DNA from: Heteronotia binoei | Lineage: Eukaryota | Direction: 5' to 3' | DNA length: 64,000 nucleotides | Assembly (NCBI RefSeq): GCF_032191835.1 | Contig: NC_083223.1 | Location: 114,080,001-114,144,000 of the forward strand | In this document: in pieces, positions 12,661-24,193 of the stretch | Position numbering within the stretch: the first letter of the stretch is position 1 | How the letters are laid out: each line of letters begins with the position of its first letter | Program-made: the position numbers and the translations under genes | The notes under the pieces: generated by a model | Seen by the model: only the letters and a program-made list of their open reading frames with translations | Told to the model about the DNA's origin: nothing | Database searches by the model: none

Positions 12661-13300
12661 AATCCAGATGCCGTTGAAGGGGTGTATATTTGTATATCTT
12701 ATCATCTGCCTGCACCTACTAATGTCCCAAAATAACCTTTGACCTCTACCAAAATTTTCATAGTTGACTTCTGGAAGAAAAGACTGCCAGAAAGATTCAG
12801 ACTGCATAACCATCATAGCTCCTCTATGAAAAGGCAGAATCACTTGGAAGGGAATGACTGTGCCCTTTTCTTTCGTGCCCTCCCTAGAGTGGCCTTTTAG
12901 TTTCTCTCCTTAATACTTTCCAGCCATTTCCTTTTCCACAATGACCATAATTATGTCTATGGATAGTCAAGAGTAATGTCCCGATGTAACGTATATCATG
13001 CAAGTACAGTAGGAAATGGCAACAGACTGCTGCAATGAGTGTTTTGAAACTTGCAGAGGCTAACCAAAGCCATACATGCTTCATATACAAAGAAAGATCT
13101 TCAGGCATTTGTTGGATGGGAAAAAGTACAAGTTTACTTAGATTTACAGTTTATTAAAATATAACAATTGTTTTATTGAATTATTTACAGATAATGTTAA
13201 CTGTTAATATAGAAGAATGCTTCCATCTGGGTTACTTTTTTCATACATTAAATTTCATTGGTTGCCTACTTAAAAAAATATTCCAAATTCATGAACTCAC

Positions 13301-13436
13301 CGGTGTTTCTACCATGTTTGGCTTACTGTTCCGTAACGTTTTTACTGCATGGAAAACATCAACAACATTCTGTCTTTTAAGCATTTCCACTACAATGCCT
13401 ATGGCACAGAACATTCCACTTCGTCCACCACCATTC
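13301..13436 (-). CDS. PTPRK: PTPRK D2 exon ((L)[45 protein letters not shown])
   Basis: 136 nt; TAG acceptor 13437-13439; GTGAGT donor 13295-13300; phase 2 to 0. Confidence 0.95.
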
Positions 13437-13913
13437 CTAAGCACAAAAAGGACAATAACATTTTGTAAAAAACTAGGGTTTTTTTTCCATGTACCACATA
13501 TAACAGTGCATAAAACATATGACAGACCTGAGAAAAAGGGAGGCCAAAGTTCAACTAATGAAACGTATACAGATGAAATATGAAAGCTATTGGCTTAGAT
13601 TTCACCTAGAATTTCCATGCACACACGAAGTGGGGAGGGGGTGCTCAATTTTTGCAGATCGTCTATGGCTACCTTAAATACCTACAAAATGCTGCTCTTG
13701 GGAGATGAGGAACCCTCAGGAAGGGGGGGGGAGGGGACAACTAGCAAAAAAACCCCTTGCACCTGCAGAAATTCTAGGTGGGATCCAAGCTATTAGCTAA
13801 ATATGTAAACAGATACATAAGTAACTCTCTCTAAAATCCTGATAAAATATAATGAAGTCCAAGTTTCCAATTGAGTACGGTACATGATGTTTGCAGTCTT
13901 GTATAGTGTTGTT

Positions 13914-14197
13914 AAAGTAAAGGTAGTCCCCTGTACAAGCACCAGTCATTTCTGACTCTGGTGTGATGTTGCTTTCATATTTCCACGGCAGACTTTTTTA
14001 CGAGGTGGTTTTGCCATTGTCTTCCCTAGTCATCTACACTTTCCCCCCCAGCAAGCTGGGTACTCATTTTACCGACCTCAGAAGGATGAAAGGCTGAGTT
14101 AACCTGGAGCTGGCTACCTGAACCCAGCTTCCACTGGGATCAAACTTAGGTCATGAGCAGAGTTTAGGACTGCAGTACTGCAGCTTTACCACTCTGC
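13914..14197 (-). mobile_element. Sauria SINE
   Basis: Contains GGTAAAGGTAGTCCCCTG-like and GCAAGCTGGGTACTCATTTTACCGACCTC...GGCTGAGT segments typical of Sauria SINE (recalled consensus). Confidence 0.75.
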
Positions 14198-15039
14198 TGA
14201 AAAGTTACAGATTTCAATTTTGGAAAAGGAAATACACTAGCTAGAAAATGTTATATGCCTCCCATGAAGCAGATGGGCCTTCCTTTCAAAGGAGGCACAG
14301 GATACTCTTGATTGGAGAGTCTCCAGCAAATGAGGAGAGGATGCTAAGTGGCTATTTAGAGAACCCACACCCATCTCACACAGGCTTTAGCTAGCACAGC
14401 TGAGGAGTGGAGATAAAGCTCTGCCTGTTGGATCACTTGACTTTTCACTTGCTTGGATAAATTGTGGGTGCTCACTTGCCAAGGGTATTAAACGGTGTGT
14501 GTGTGTACCATGTGTATGCATGGCTTGAGACGACTAGTGTTCTTGTTTCAGGGAGTTTCTGGTGGAGTTTACCCCACTCTTTTCAACCTGCCCCCCCTCA
14601 TATGCCTCAATTTCCCACTTCCTCCTTTTTAGATCCACATTAAGGCAATCTCCATGCAGCAACAGGTGCTTTTAGTGCAGGCTTTTCTTTCGGGGCACTA
14701 TCTGAAGCTGTTGTGGAGGTAGCATTGGAGACCTGGGCTGTTGTGTAGTAACACTCGCCCCACCCCTGGCTGGCCAATCAGCCTGACTTCAGTCTGGTTT
14801 CACCTTCAGGTGGTGGCCATTACTTGTGGGAATTTTGCTGCACAGAATGTAGTGAGTGGTGGGCTGAGAGTCTCGCCTTCGTTGGGCAGGGTGGCAACTG
14901 CTAGCAAAAGCAGTGGCATTTTACTGGGAGCCACTTCAGAATAGCCTGCAGGCCTAAGAACATAAGAACATAAGAGAAGCCATGTTAGATCAGGCCAATG
15001 GCCCATCCAGTCCAACATTCTGTGTCACACAGCGGCCAA

Positions 15040-15081
<42 letters not shown>

Positions 15082-15086
15082 TGTGG

Positions 15087-18053
15087 CTAATAGCCACTGA
15101 TGGACCTCTGCTCCATATTTTTATCTAACCCCTTCTTGAAGGTGGCTATGCTTGTGGACGCCACCACCTCCTGTGGCAGTGAATTCCACATGTTAATCAC
15201 CCTTTGGGTGAAGAAGTACTTCCTTTTATCCGTTTTAACCTGTCTGCTCAGCAATTTCATCGAATGCCCACGAGTTCTTGTATTGTGAGAAAGGGAGAAA
15301 AGTACTTCTTTCTCTACTTTCTCCATCCCATGCATTATCTTGTAAACTTCCATCATGTCACCCCTCAGTCGACGTTTCTCCAAGCTAAAGAGCCCTAAGC
15401 GTTTCAACCTTTCTTCATAGGGAAGGTGTTCCAGCCCTTTAATCATTTTAGTTGCCCTTTTCTGAACTTTCTCCAATGCTATAATATTCTTTTTGAGGTG
15501 GGGCGACCAGAACTGCACACAGTACTCCAAATGAGACCGCACCATCGATTTATACAGAGGCATTATGATACTGGCTGATTTGTTTTCAATTCCCTTCCTA
15601 ATAATTCCCAGCATGGCGTTGGCCTTTTTTATTGCAAACGCACAATGTCTTGACATTTTCAGTGAATTATCTACCATGACCCCAAGATCTCTCTCTTGGT
15701 CTGTCTCTGCCAGTTCACACCCCATCAACTTGTATTTGTAGCTGGGATTCTTGGCCCCAATGTGCATTACTTTGCACTTGGCCACATTGAACCGCATCTG
15801 CCACGTTGACGCCCACTCACCCAGCCTCAACAGATCCCTTTGGAGTTCCTCACAATCCTCTCTGGTTCTCACCACCCTGAACAATTTACTGTCATCCGCA
15901 AATTTGGCCACTTCACTGCTCACTCCCAACTCTAAATCATTTATGAACAAGTTAAAGAGGATGGGACCCAGTACCGAGCCCTGCGGCACCCCACTGCTTA
16001 CCGTCCTCCACTGCGAAGACTGCCCATTTATACTCACTCTCTGCTTCCTATTACTCAGCCAGTTTTTGATCCACAAGAGGACCTGTCCTTTTACTCCATG
16101 ACTCTCAAGCTTTCTAAGGAGCCTTTGATGAGGAACTTTATCAAAAGCTTTCTGGAAGTCAAGGTAAACAACATCTATCGGGTCTCCTTTGTCCACATGT
16201 TTGTTCACCCCCTCAAAGAAATGCAACAGGTTAGTGAGGCAAGATCTTCCCTTGCAGAACCCATGCTGAGTCTTCCTCAATAACCCGTGTTCATCAATGT
16301 GCCTACTCATTCTGTCCTTGATAATGGTTTCTACCAACTTTCCCGGTATTGAAGTCAGACTGACTGGCCTGTAATTTCCCGGATCTCCTCTGGAACCCTT
16401 TTTAAAGATGGGGGTGACATTTGCTACCTTCCAGTCCTCAGGAACGGAGGCAGATTTCAATGAAAGATTACAGATTTTTGTTAGAAGATCCACAAGTTCA
16501 ACTTTGAGTTCTTTCAGAACTCTCGGATGTATGCCATCCGGACCCGGTGACTTATTAGTTTTTAATTTGTCTATTAGTTGTAGGACCTCCTCTTTTGTCA
16601 CCTCAATCTGACTCAGGTCTTTCAACACCCCTTCCAATATTAGTGGTTCTGGGGCGGGCAAACACTTCTCATCTTCCACGGTGAAGACGGAGGCAAAAAA
16701 TGCATTCAGCTTCTCAGCCATTTCCCCATCCTCCTTCAGTAATCCTTTTACCCCATGGTCATCCAAGGGCCCCACTGCTTCCCTGGCTGGTTTCCTACTT
16801 CTAATATATTTGAAGAAATTTTTATTGTTGGTCTTTATGTTTTTTGCAATATGCTCCTCATAGTCCCTTTTTGCTTGCCTGATCACAGTCTTGCATTTGA
16901 TTTGCCACTGCCTGTGTTCCCTTTTATTAATCTCACTTGGACTGGTTTTCCACCGCCTAAAGGAGTCCTTCTTACCTTTTACAGCTTCCATTACTTTGTT
17001 TGTTAACCATGCTGGCCTCTTCTTATACCTGCTTGTGCCTTTCCTAACTTGTGGTATGTATTTTATCTGAGCTTCTAGGATTATAGTTTTAAATAGTCTC
17101 CAAGCTTCCCCAAGGGTTTTGACCGTATTTACCTTTCCTTTCAGTTTCCTCCTCACATGCCTCCTCATCTCAGAGAATTTACCCCTTTTAAAGTTAAATG
17201 TGGTTGTGGCGGTCTTTTTGGGCAACTCCCTATTTATACAAATGGTGAAATCAATAACATTATGGTCACTGTTCCCAAGCGGCGCAATCACTTTTACGTC
17301 TCTCACCAAGTCTTGGGCATTACTTAGGACCAGATCCAGGATCGCCCCACCCCTGGTAGGTTCTGAGACCATCTGCTCCATAGCACAGTCATTGAGAGCA
17401 TCAAGAAACTCAATCTCTTTCTCTCGACCAGAACACATATTGACCCAATCAATCTGCGGGTAGTTAAAATCACCTATTACGACACAGTTTTTACGTTTAG
17501 CCGCTATCTTTAATCCCTCCATCATATTATAATCGTCCTCTCTCTTTTGATTTGGTGGGCGATAACAAACTCCCATAGTTAAATTTCCTTTTGGGCCCTC
17601 TATTTCAACCCAAAGCATTTCTAAAAGGGAATCTAATTCTCTGACCTCAGTTTTACTGGACCGTATATCCTCTCTGACATACAGAGCCACCCCACCTCCA
17701 ACCCTTCCCTCCCTATCCTTCCGATATAACTTATATCCAGGAATCACCGTGTCCCACTGATTCTCCTCATTCCACCAAGTTTCTGAAATTCCCACAATGT
17801 CTATGTTTTCTCCCAACACTAAACATTCCAATTCACCAATTTTACTTCGGACACTTCTAGCATTTGCATACAAACATTTATAATATCCCAAGCAAGCTAG
17901 GCCCGGCTCCTCTCTGCTGCCGCCTCGAGACTCTAGCAGACAGTCCATACTGTTTGTCACCATCACAGTGGACAACTCTGATCCGTTACTCGGTAGAAAA
18001 ATAGAAGCCAACCCTTCATCTCTTTGAGACGAGTCCTCCCGAACCAGAGACAT
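15087..18053 (-). CDS. CR1 ORF2: APE endonuclease plus reverse transcriptase (988 aa, uninterrupted)
   Basis: APE motifs YANARS, GISETWW, IGDFN, SDHN; RT motifs LDFQKAFDKV, GVPQGSVLGP, FADD. Confidence 0.95.
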   Translation of the reverse strand: MSLVREDSSQRDEGLASIFLPSNGSELSTVMVTNSMDCLLESRGGSREEPGLACLGYYKCLYANARSVRSKIGELECLVLGENIDIVGISETWWNEENQWDTVIPGYKLYRKDREGRVGGGVALYVREDIRSSKTEVRELDSLLEMLWVEIEGPKGNLTMGVCYRPPNQKREDDYNMMEGLKIAAKRKNCVVIGDFNYPQIDWVNMCSGREKEIEFLDALNDCAMEQMVSEPTRGGAILDLVLSNAQDLVRDVKVIAPLGNSDHNVIDFTICINRELPKKTATTTFNFKRGKFSEMRRHVRRKLKGKVNTVKTLGEAWRLFKTIILEAQIKYIPQVRKGTSRYKKRPAWLTNKVMEAVKGKKDSFRRWKTSPSEINKREHRQWQIKCKTVIRQAKRDYEEHIAKNIKTNNKNFFKYIRSRKPAREAVGPLDDHGVKGLLKEDGEMAEKLNAFFASVFTVEDEKCLPAPEPLILEGVLKDLSQIEVTKEEVLQLIDKLKTNKSPGPDGIHPRVLKELKVELVDLLTKICNLSLKSASVPEDWKVANVTPIFKKGSRGDPGNYRPVSLTSIPGKLVETIIKDRMSRHIDEHGLLRKTQHGFCKGRSCLTNLLHFFEGVNKHVDKGDPIDVVYLDFQKAFDKVPHQRLLRKLESHGVKGQVLLWIKNWLSNRKQRVSINGQSSQWRTVSSGVPQGSVLGPILFNLFINDLELGVSSEVAKFADDSKLFRVVRTREDCEELQRDLLRLGEWASTWQMRFNVAKCKVMHIGAKNPSYKYKLMGCELAETDQERDLGVMVDNSLKMSRHCAFAIKKANAMLGIIRKGIENKSASIIMPLYKSMVRSHLEYCVQFWSPHLKKNIIALEKVQKRATKMIKGLEHLPYEERLKRLGLFSLEKRRLRGDMMEVYKIMHGMEKVEKEVLFSLSHNTRTRGHSMKLLSRQVKTDKRKYFFTQRVINMWNSLPQEVVASTSIATFKKGLDKNMEQRSISGY

Positions 18054-18082
18054 TCCATCTCCTGTCGGCTTTCCCCCAAGAT

Positions 18083-18517
18083 TTAGTTTAAAAACTGCTC
18101 TGCCACCTTTTTGATTTTAAGCGCCAGCAGCCTGGTTCCATCCGGAGACAAGTGGAGACCGTCTCTTTTGTACAGCTCCGGCTTGTTCCAGAAAGCATCC
18201 CAGTGCCTAACAAACTTAAACCCTTCCTCCTTACACCATCGTCTCATCCACACATTGAGACTTCTAATTTGCGCCTGTCTCTCCTGCCCTGCACGTGGAA
18301 CAGGTAGCACTTCCGAGAAGGCCACCTTGGAGGTCCTGGCCTTAAGTCTCCCACCTAGCAGCCTAAATTTCTCCTCCAGGACCTCACGACTGCATTTCCC
18401 CACATCATTGGTGCCAACATGCACCATGACCACAGGCTCCTCCCCAGCACTGTCTATCAGCCTATCTACTACACGCGTAATGTCTGCTACCTTCGCACCA
18501 GGCAGGCAAGTCACCAT
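18083..18517 (-). CDS. CR1 ORF1 C-terminal part, SGNH esterase domain (5'-truncated)
   Basis: HVGTND block and DGLHL (DxxH) motif; lies directly upstream of ORF2. Confidence 0.85.
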   Translation of the reverse strand: MVTCLPGAKVADITRVVDRLIDSAGEEPVVMVHVGTNDVGKCSREVLEEKFRLLGGRLKARTSKVAFSEVLPVPRAGQERQAQIRSLNVWMRRWCKEEGFKFVRHWDAFWNKPELYKRDGLHLSPDGTRLLALKIKKVAEQFLN

Positions 18518-19321
18518 ATGGTCAATACGCAGGCCTCTGGAGTTAAAGGCAACTGGCCCTTTTAAGTGCCAGCAGCTGACAATAAATCAATCCCAACATT
18601 ACTAAAGAACTGTTATTAAAAATAAATAAATATATGCAAAGTGTAATTTTGTTAAATTAGTAAGGTTTCTAGAGTTAGTAATAACATTTGGTATTGTTGG
18701 TTTTATGAATTAAGAATTTGGTAAGATTAACTGGGGTTTTTGCTTCAGAAAAAAGGGAATTCCTTCATTGTTAAAGATCTCTTGTATACCTGATTAAGTT
18801 TTTTCCCCTCTTGATCAAGGGTTTTTTTTCCCCAATATAACTTGATAAATAGTTTTTCTTTTGTATAGTTAATTCTGTATAGTTAAAAATCTTTTCTGCT
18901 AAATGGATTGTTCTGCATAAGGTGACTAAGGGGTTTTCTATATAGTTGATTAGAGGGTGTAGAACAGTTGATTTTGGAATTTCTATACAGTTGTGTTAAA
19001 TAACACCCCCCCCCCATTAAGTGGTTTTGGCACAGCTAATTATTGGAGGTGCACTACAGTGCTTGTATAATAGATTATAGGTTGCATTTAATTACAGAGT
19101 TTGGGCATAATTGATAAAGAGCATGCATAGTTAATAGTTCTTAGGTATTCAGAATTAATGTATAGTCAAAAGAAGCATGAACAAATTAAGGGTTCTAAAA
19201 CAAAATAAATATTTTAAAGGGGGTGCTTCTGGTGTAGTAGAACTGTCAGTGGAGCAGAGAGGCTGGAGTTCAAGTGTAGCTTCTCAGGCAATTAATTGAG
19301 CTGTTTCTTTGTAGGAGAAGG

Positions 19322-19519
19322 GGGAGGGACGGTAGAGCATCTGCTTGGGAAGCAGAAGGTCCCAGGTTCAATCCCTGGCATCTCAAAAAAAGGGTCCAGG
19401 CAAATAGTTGTGGAAAACTTCAGCTTGAGACCCTGGAGAGCTGCTGCCAGTCTGAGTAGACAATACTGACTTTGATGGACCAAGGGTCTGATTCAGTATA
19501 AGGCAGCTTCATATGTTCA
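19322..19519 (+). mobile_element. tRNA-derived SINE (squam3-like)
   Basis: tRNA-like head with B box (GGTTCAATCCC), then a GAGTAGACAATACTGACTTTGATGGACC body. Confidence 0.7.
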
Positions 19520-19529
19520 AGGGAGCACT

Positions 19530-21965
19530 GCAGAAGAGAGGTGGACCTGCCAAAAGGCAGCTCCTGCCAAGAGACCTTCCGTACAGCTATTGTCCAATGA
19601 AGAAAGGAGCTTGGGCCATGAGCACGGTGCCCAGCATCCTAATTTTTCTACAGGGCAGGAAAGGATTAGGAAAAGGCCAGCAGAGAAGTGTTGGAACAAC
19701 TGGCTCACCGCTTATAATACTTACATTGCAGTGGTGGCTCAAGGGCAGCCTGTAAGGGCTTCAGTCTTGATAAAGTATATGGATATTATCCACAGAGCAT
19801 ATATGGAGTATTCTGGATGACGTCAGCTATGTTATGATGAGACGTTTGGCACAAAGGCAGCATTAGACCCTGAAGTAGTCTGATATATGGACAACCAACA
19901 GCTCTGATTCCAGTGTTTGGGTGCTGTTCACTCTTTGACAGTGAGATACTCCGATAGTGGGCAGGAGGTGCCTCCTGCTTGTGGCAACAGTCAGGCAGTT
20001 CAATCCTGGCTGGTTTATTTATTTATTTTATTCCACATATCCTGCTCGCCTTACAAGGGGGCTCAGGGAAGGTTAAAGGTCACATAAATTGTGACAATAA
20101 AAATAGAATATCATAATTATTACATAAATAAGGAAGAATAAAAGTTGGAAAGGTAATAAAAACCAGCACAAGACATTGCCTTGGTAGCAATGCTATGATG
20201 TACCCTTCTGAGTGGTGCTAATTATGTTGGCCACTGACCACAAGGGCCAGGGCTATCAGTGGTGGAGGCTAAGAAATGGACAAATTTGGATACCTGTTAC
20301 CTCAACTAACAGCTCCATAATATCAAGTATGAGCTGTGAGGATGCTATATAAGCATGTGAGCTCGATGTAGTTGCAGTGCTTGCAAAAATTCTCTCAGTA
20401 TTTGTCCCCTGATGGTATTGAATGTCTGCACAGTCTGTTTCAGTCCTTTCTCAAAGGGATGTGGATTCTTTGAGTATGTGGTGTCTTTTTTGGTGTCTTC
20501 TGTCTTGCTTCTGTCTTGTCTCACTGCACTGACCAGCTCAATTAATCACACTCCATTTATCCTAATTCAAGTACTCTCCTCACTTTTCTCTATGTACAAT
20601 GGCTTTTCATAGAGAAAAGTGAGCCGAGTACTTGAATTATGATGTACTAAAAGAAGGATAAGTGGAGCATGATTAATTGAGCTGGTCAGTGTAGTGAGAT
20701 AAGGTGGGGCAAAACAGAGGACGCCAATAAAGACACTGCATACTCAAAGAATCCACATCCTTTTGAGAAAGGACTGAAACAGACTGTGCAGACATTCAAT
20801 ACCATCAGTGGACAAATATGGAGATAATTTTTGCAAGCACTGCAACCACATTGAAGTCATATGTTCATATAGCATCATCACAGTTCTTTTGGAAAATTGT
20901 TTATAACCATTGTTAAGTGTCTGTTACACTGGTGTTATCATAAAGCTGTTGTGTAAAATATTGAGGTGCTTACAAAACAGTAAAGAATTGTATACTATTT
21001 AATAGACATAATAATTTGCTAGCACTGTAAGTTTACTTGATATTACGGATTTGTTACTCCCATGGTTTCAGTATTTGTTATTGTCAACTAACAGCACAAC
21101 AGAACAACACTGCCAGGGGCTGCTCTAGGAAGCAATACCACTTTGGCCATACATGCAATTGGTGGGGCAGAAATCGTACAGGGTCAGAATGCCCAAGGTG
21201 CAGACCCTTGGCAGGTAAGGAGGAAGGCACCGGTAGAGGATCTTCAAAGGGTCTTCAGCCCAATATGGCTTGATGCCCTAAACTTTGGTAGGGTAAGTAC
21301 CCCAATAAGCAGGATGTGGTTGCTGGAAAGATTTTAGTGCTGTTTTTCATATTCCTTATTCTGGCTCATACTGCTTCTACAAAACTAAGACCTTGAAGTT
21401 AGTCAAGGGCCTTGAGCATGCAGTTAGAGATAAATTACTGGAGAAGTATGCAGGTAGAATCATGACTCCTCCTGTAACCTTGTCAAATAATGATTTTAGG
21501 ATGTCTCCCCCCAGTGAAGTGCCAAAGAAAGCCCTGGGGGAGTACAGGATTATTTACTATTCATTATATCCTTAGGGAGAGTTGGTCGGTGATGGAATTC
21601 AGGGAGAGCTGTGATCAATTCAATATGCATCCTTTGACTCAGCGTGAACATTTTCAATCCAGTGGGATGAGAGCCACTGTCTAGGAAAGTGTAATATAAA
21701 GTCCATGTTCAGGTTTCTTCCTCTGCATCCAGTGGATTATGAATTGCTGGACTTTCAGTTCAAGGGCACTTTTATTTTGATAAGGCTCTCCTCATAATCA
21801 CTTTGATAATTTTGATAAGGCTTTCCTCACTTTCATACGTAACGCCAGGTCAGTTAAAAGTTATGCATTATTTTGATGACCTTTTGTTTGCTAGTCCCAG
21901 AACTCTGCAAAGTGTGCCTGGCTCATTTATGGGGAGCTTGCTAAGGAGAAGACTCAGGACTCCTG
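19530..21965 (+). mobile_element. Old, fragmented DIRS/Ngaro-type retrotransposon
   Basis: Gag-like piece LIKYMDIIHRAYMEYSG (19590-19820) matches ALIQYMDIIYKGYTMFSG of the element at 56441. RT remnants MSPPSEVPKKALGEYRII and HYFDDLLF at 21393-21960. Confidence 0.65.
20331..20886. repeat. Long imperfect palindrome (arms ~265-280 bp, 13-nt loop)
   Basis: 20331-20594 pairs with 20608-20886; centre CTCACTTTTCTCTATG, loop, CATAGAGAAAAGTGAG. Confidence 0.85.
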
Positions 21966-23212
21966 ACGAGGCCTGGCATTCTTTGGAACTGACACTGATA
22001 CTGTAGCTGAGGCATAGTGAAGAAAAAAAGACCACCCCACCCCTCCGCAAGCTGATTCCAGGGCAAAAAGTCATGCCTGCAAGCAGCAATCACTGAAAAC
22101 AATAATAAGTCCAACAGAACCACTGCAGAGCTCAGTAATCCCAGCAGAACCACAAGCCAATGTTTCAAGCCAAACAGAACCAAAATCAAATCAGAGAATC
22201 TCTGCAGTGAAAACTGAAGGGGGTGGGGGGCTCAAGCCCAGCAAAAGCAATTGCAGTGTACACTGTGGTAGTGTAAGCAAAAGATAATTGTCACCAGAGA
22301 ATCTTTGTAGTACAAACCTAAGGGGTGTGTGTGGGGTGGGCATTTTTGCAAGTCCAACACAATCAGCTGCAGTGCACAGAATGCCTAGCAGAATCCAGAG
22401 CCACTGTGACATTTCAAGTTTAAACAGGACTGACACCAGGCCTGAGAGCATGGAATCACAACAAATCCAAGCAAAGCAGGTAGACTTTGTAAGCTCAATA
22501 CCAGTTGTGGTGTACAGAATGCCCAGAAGAACCCAGTACCACTGTGGCAGTTCAAGCTTCACAGGACTGATGTCAAGCCTCAAAGCATGGAATCAGAACA
22601 AATCCAAGTAAGGGGGGGGAATTATTTTGCAAGCTCTGTGCAAGAAAATGGGAAGGGGACATGAAATAAGGATTGCAAAGAAAAAACAATGCTTGAAACT
22701 TACAAGACTCATTTGAAATTGACAAAAGCTTCTGGGAAGCCCATAGGACACCCCTCAAAACAAAAAGGGAGAGGAAGGGGGAAAAAAGCAAAAACAGTCC
22801 CTGGGAGCCTGCAAATGCTATCTTCCAATCTTTTTAGTAATTCCTGAATATTTATGGGATTTTTTGGGGACTATTTCCCCCCCCCAAAAAAAATCCTTGA
22901 TACATTTGGGATGCTGAGGTATTTTTGTGTATATTTTTGGCTTGTGTGTATCTGAATGCACACCCCTAGTGTGGATAAGTGTGATCAGATTTGATGAGGC
23001 CAAGTATGGGGCCAAGACCAGCGTTACTCGGAAATGGCAGAACATGTTGTAGGATTCAACATCACTCCCAGACCCCTAACAAACAAATTTGTCCCCTCAA
23101 AAGCAGGAAGCACTCAGCATTCTAGGTCTTCAGCTATACTCAGAACTCTGATCTTGAAGAAGTCTAACTTGCAATATGAAGAAGTTTAAGATAGATGCTA
23201 AATCACACTTAC

Positions 23213-23376
23213 AGGCAGTGAATAATGGTTCTACCTTCTCCTTCTTCACATTCTTCTTGCCACTTTTCAACCTGAAGAATTAACTTCAAGAATGATCGTT
23301 TGGAACTTGGCACGTCCCTGTGAGATGCCCATCCCAGATACTGGAACTGCTGGACCATCAAATAGCCTTCTTGAGG
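23213..23376 (-). CDS. PTPRK: PTPRK D2 exon ([29 protein letters not shown]...GRTIIHC(L))
   Basis: 164 nt; CAG acceptor; GTAAGT donor; phase 0 to 2. Confidence 0.95.
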
Positions 23377-24067
23377 CTGATGAACATAAACAGGCACATG
23401 TTAGTGTAATGTGTCTAAAACAAAGAATGGTAACAAAAACTAAACAACAACAAAAACTTTGTCAGAAACTAACAAGAAAAGATAACGGGTTAGAATGACA
23501 CTTCCATGAATGGAACCAGTGATCTCTAGTCCTCAAAAAACTGCTGCAGAGTGTCAGGGAACCAACCTAAACAGAATGTTGCAAACAGGGAGATAACAGG
23601 GGGCTTCTAGGAAATAGGAACAATAGGGGAGATGTGCTTTTGTGGTCTCCTTCCAATTACAGAAGTTTGGATCCAATCAAGTAACAGTGTCAAGGAGAGA
23701 CAAAACTACAATAAACTACTTAGTGTTTCCAAAACATTATTATTAACCTGGCCAATTTTGGGGGAAATGTTTTAAAAAGGAACATAAAACCTAAAAGCAG
23801 CCAGAATTAGAAAATGATGGCTTGCCAAATGGACAAAAAGATGTAAATAAAGAATCAAAATATGGCCATGCACATTATGCATAACGTTGGATCCCCAGTT
23901 ATTTTCAAAACTTCATTCCTGCTATAGTCCGCTGTGCCACACATTATTCTGGGGCATCCTTGACACTTAGGAAAAGCACACAAAACTGCTGTAAGGAGTT
24001 GGAAGAGAGAATGTCAATTGAATCCCAATGGCAGGACTTCTCTGCTAGTCAGAAATATACTCCTTAC

Positions 24068-24193
24068 CCTTGTTAAGTTGCATATCCTGAAAATTCTGTT
24101 TATTACATCACAGTCCATTGAACAGGACATGCATTCCACCTGAATGGGACCGTATCTCAACATTCCTTCTTCTGGCCAATATTGGGGACAGCC
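24068..24193 (-). CDS. PTPRK: PTPRK D2 exon (GCPQYWPEEGMLRYGPIQVECMSCSMDCDVINRIFRICNLTR)
   Basis: 126 nt; CAG acceptor; GTAAGG donor. Confidence 0.95.

Larger units (their letters stand above)
14956..18528 (-). mobile_element. Young 5'-truncated CR1 LINE with intact ORF2
   Basis: (TTCTTATG)n-type tail at 14956-14975; flanked by an 8-bp direct repeat GCAGGCCT at 14948-14955 and 18529-18536. Confidence 0.95.

Noticed and set aside
15100-18605. Many plus-strand ORFs overlapping the CR1, and similar ORFs opposite the Gypsy and Ngaro genes
   Set aside because: Antisense shadow frames of real coding sequence.
19322-19380. tRNA-like sequence
   Set aside because: Head of a tRNA-derived SINE; no complete cloverleaf, and it continues into a SINE body.
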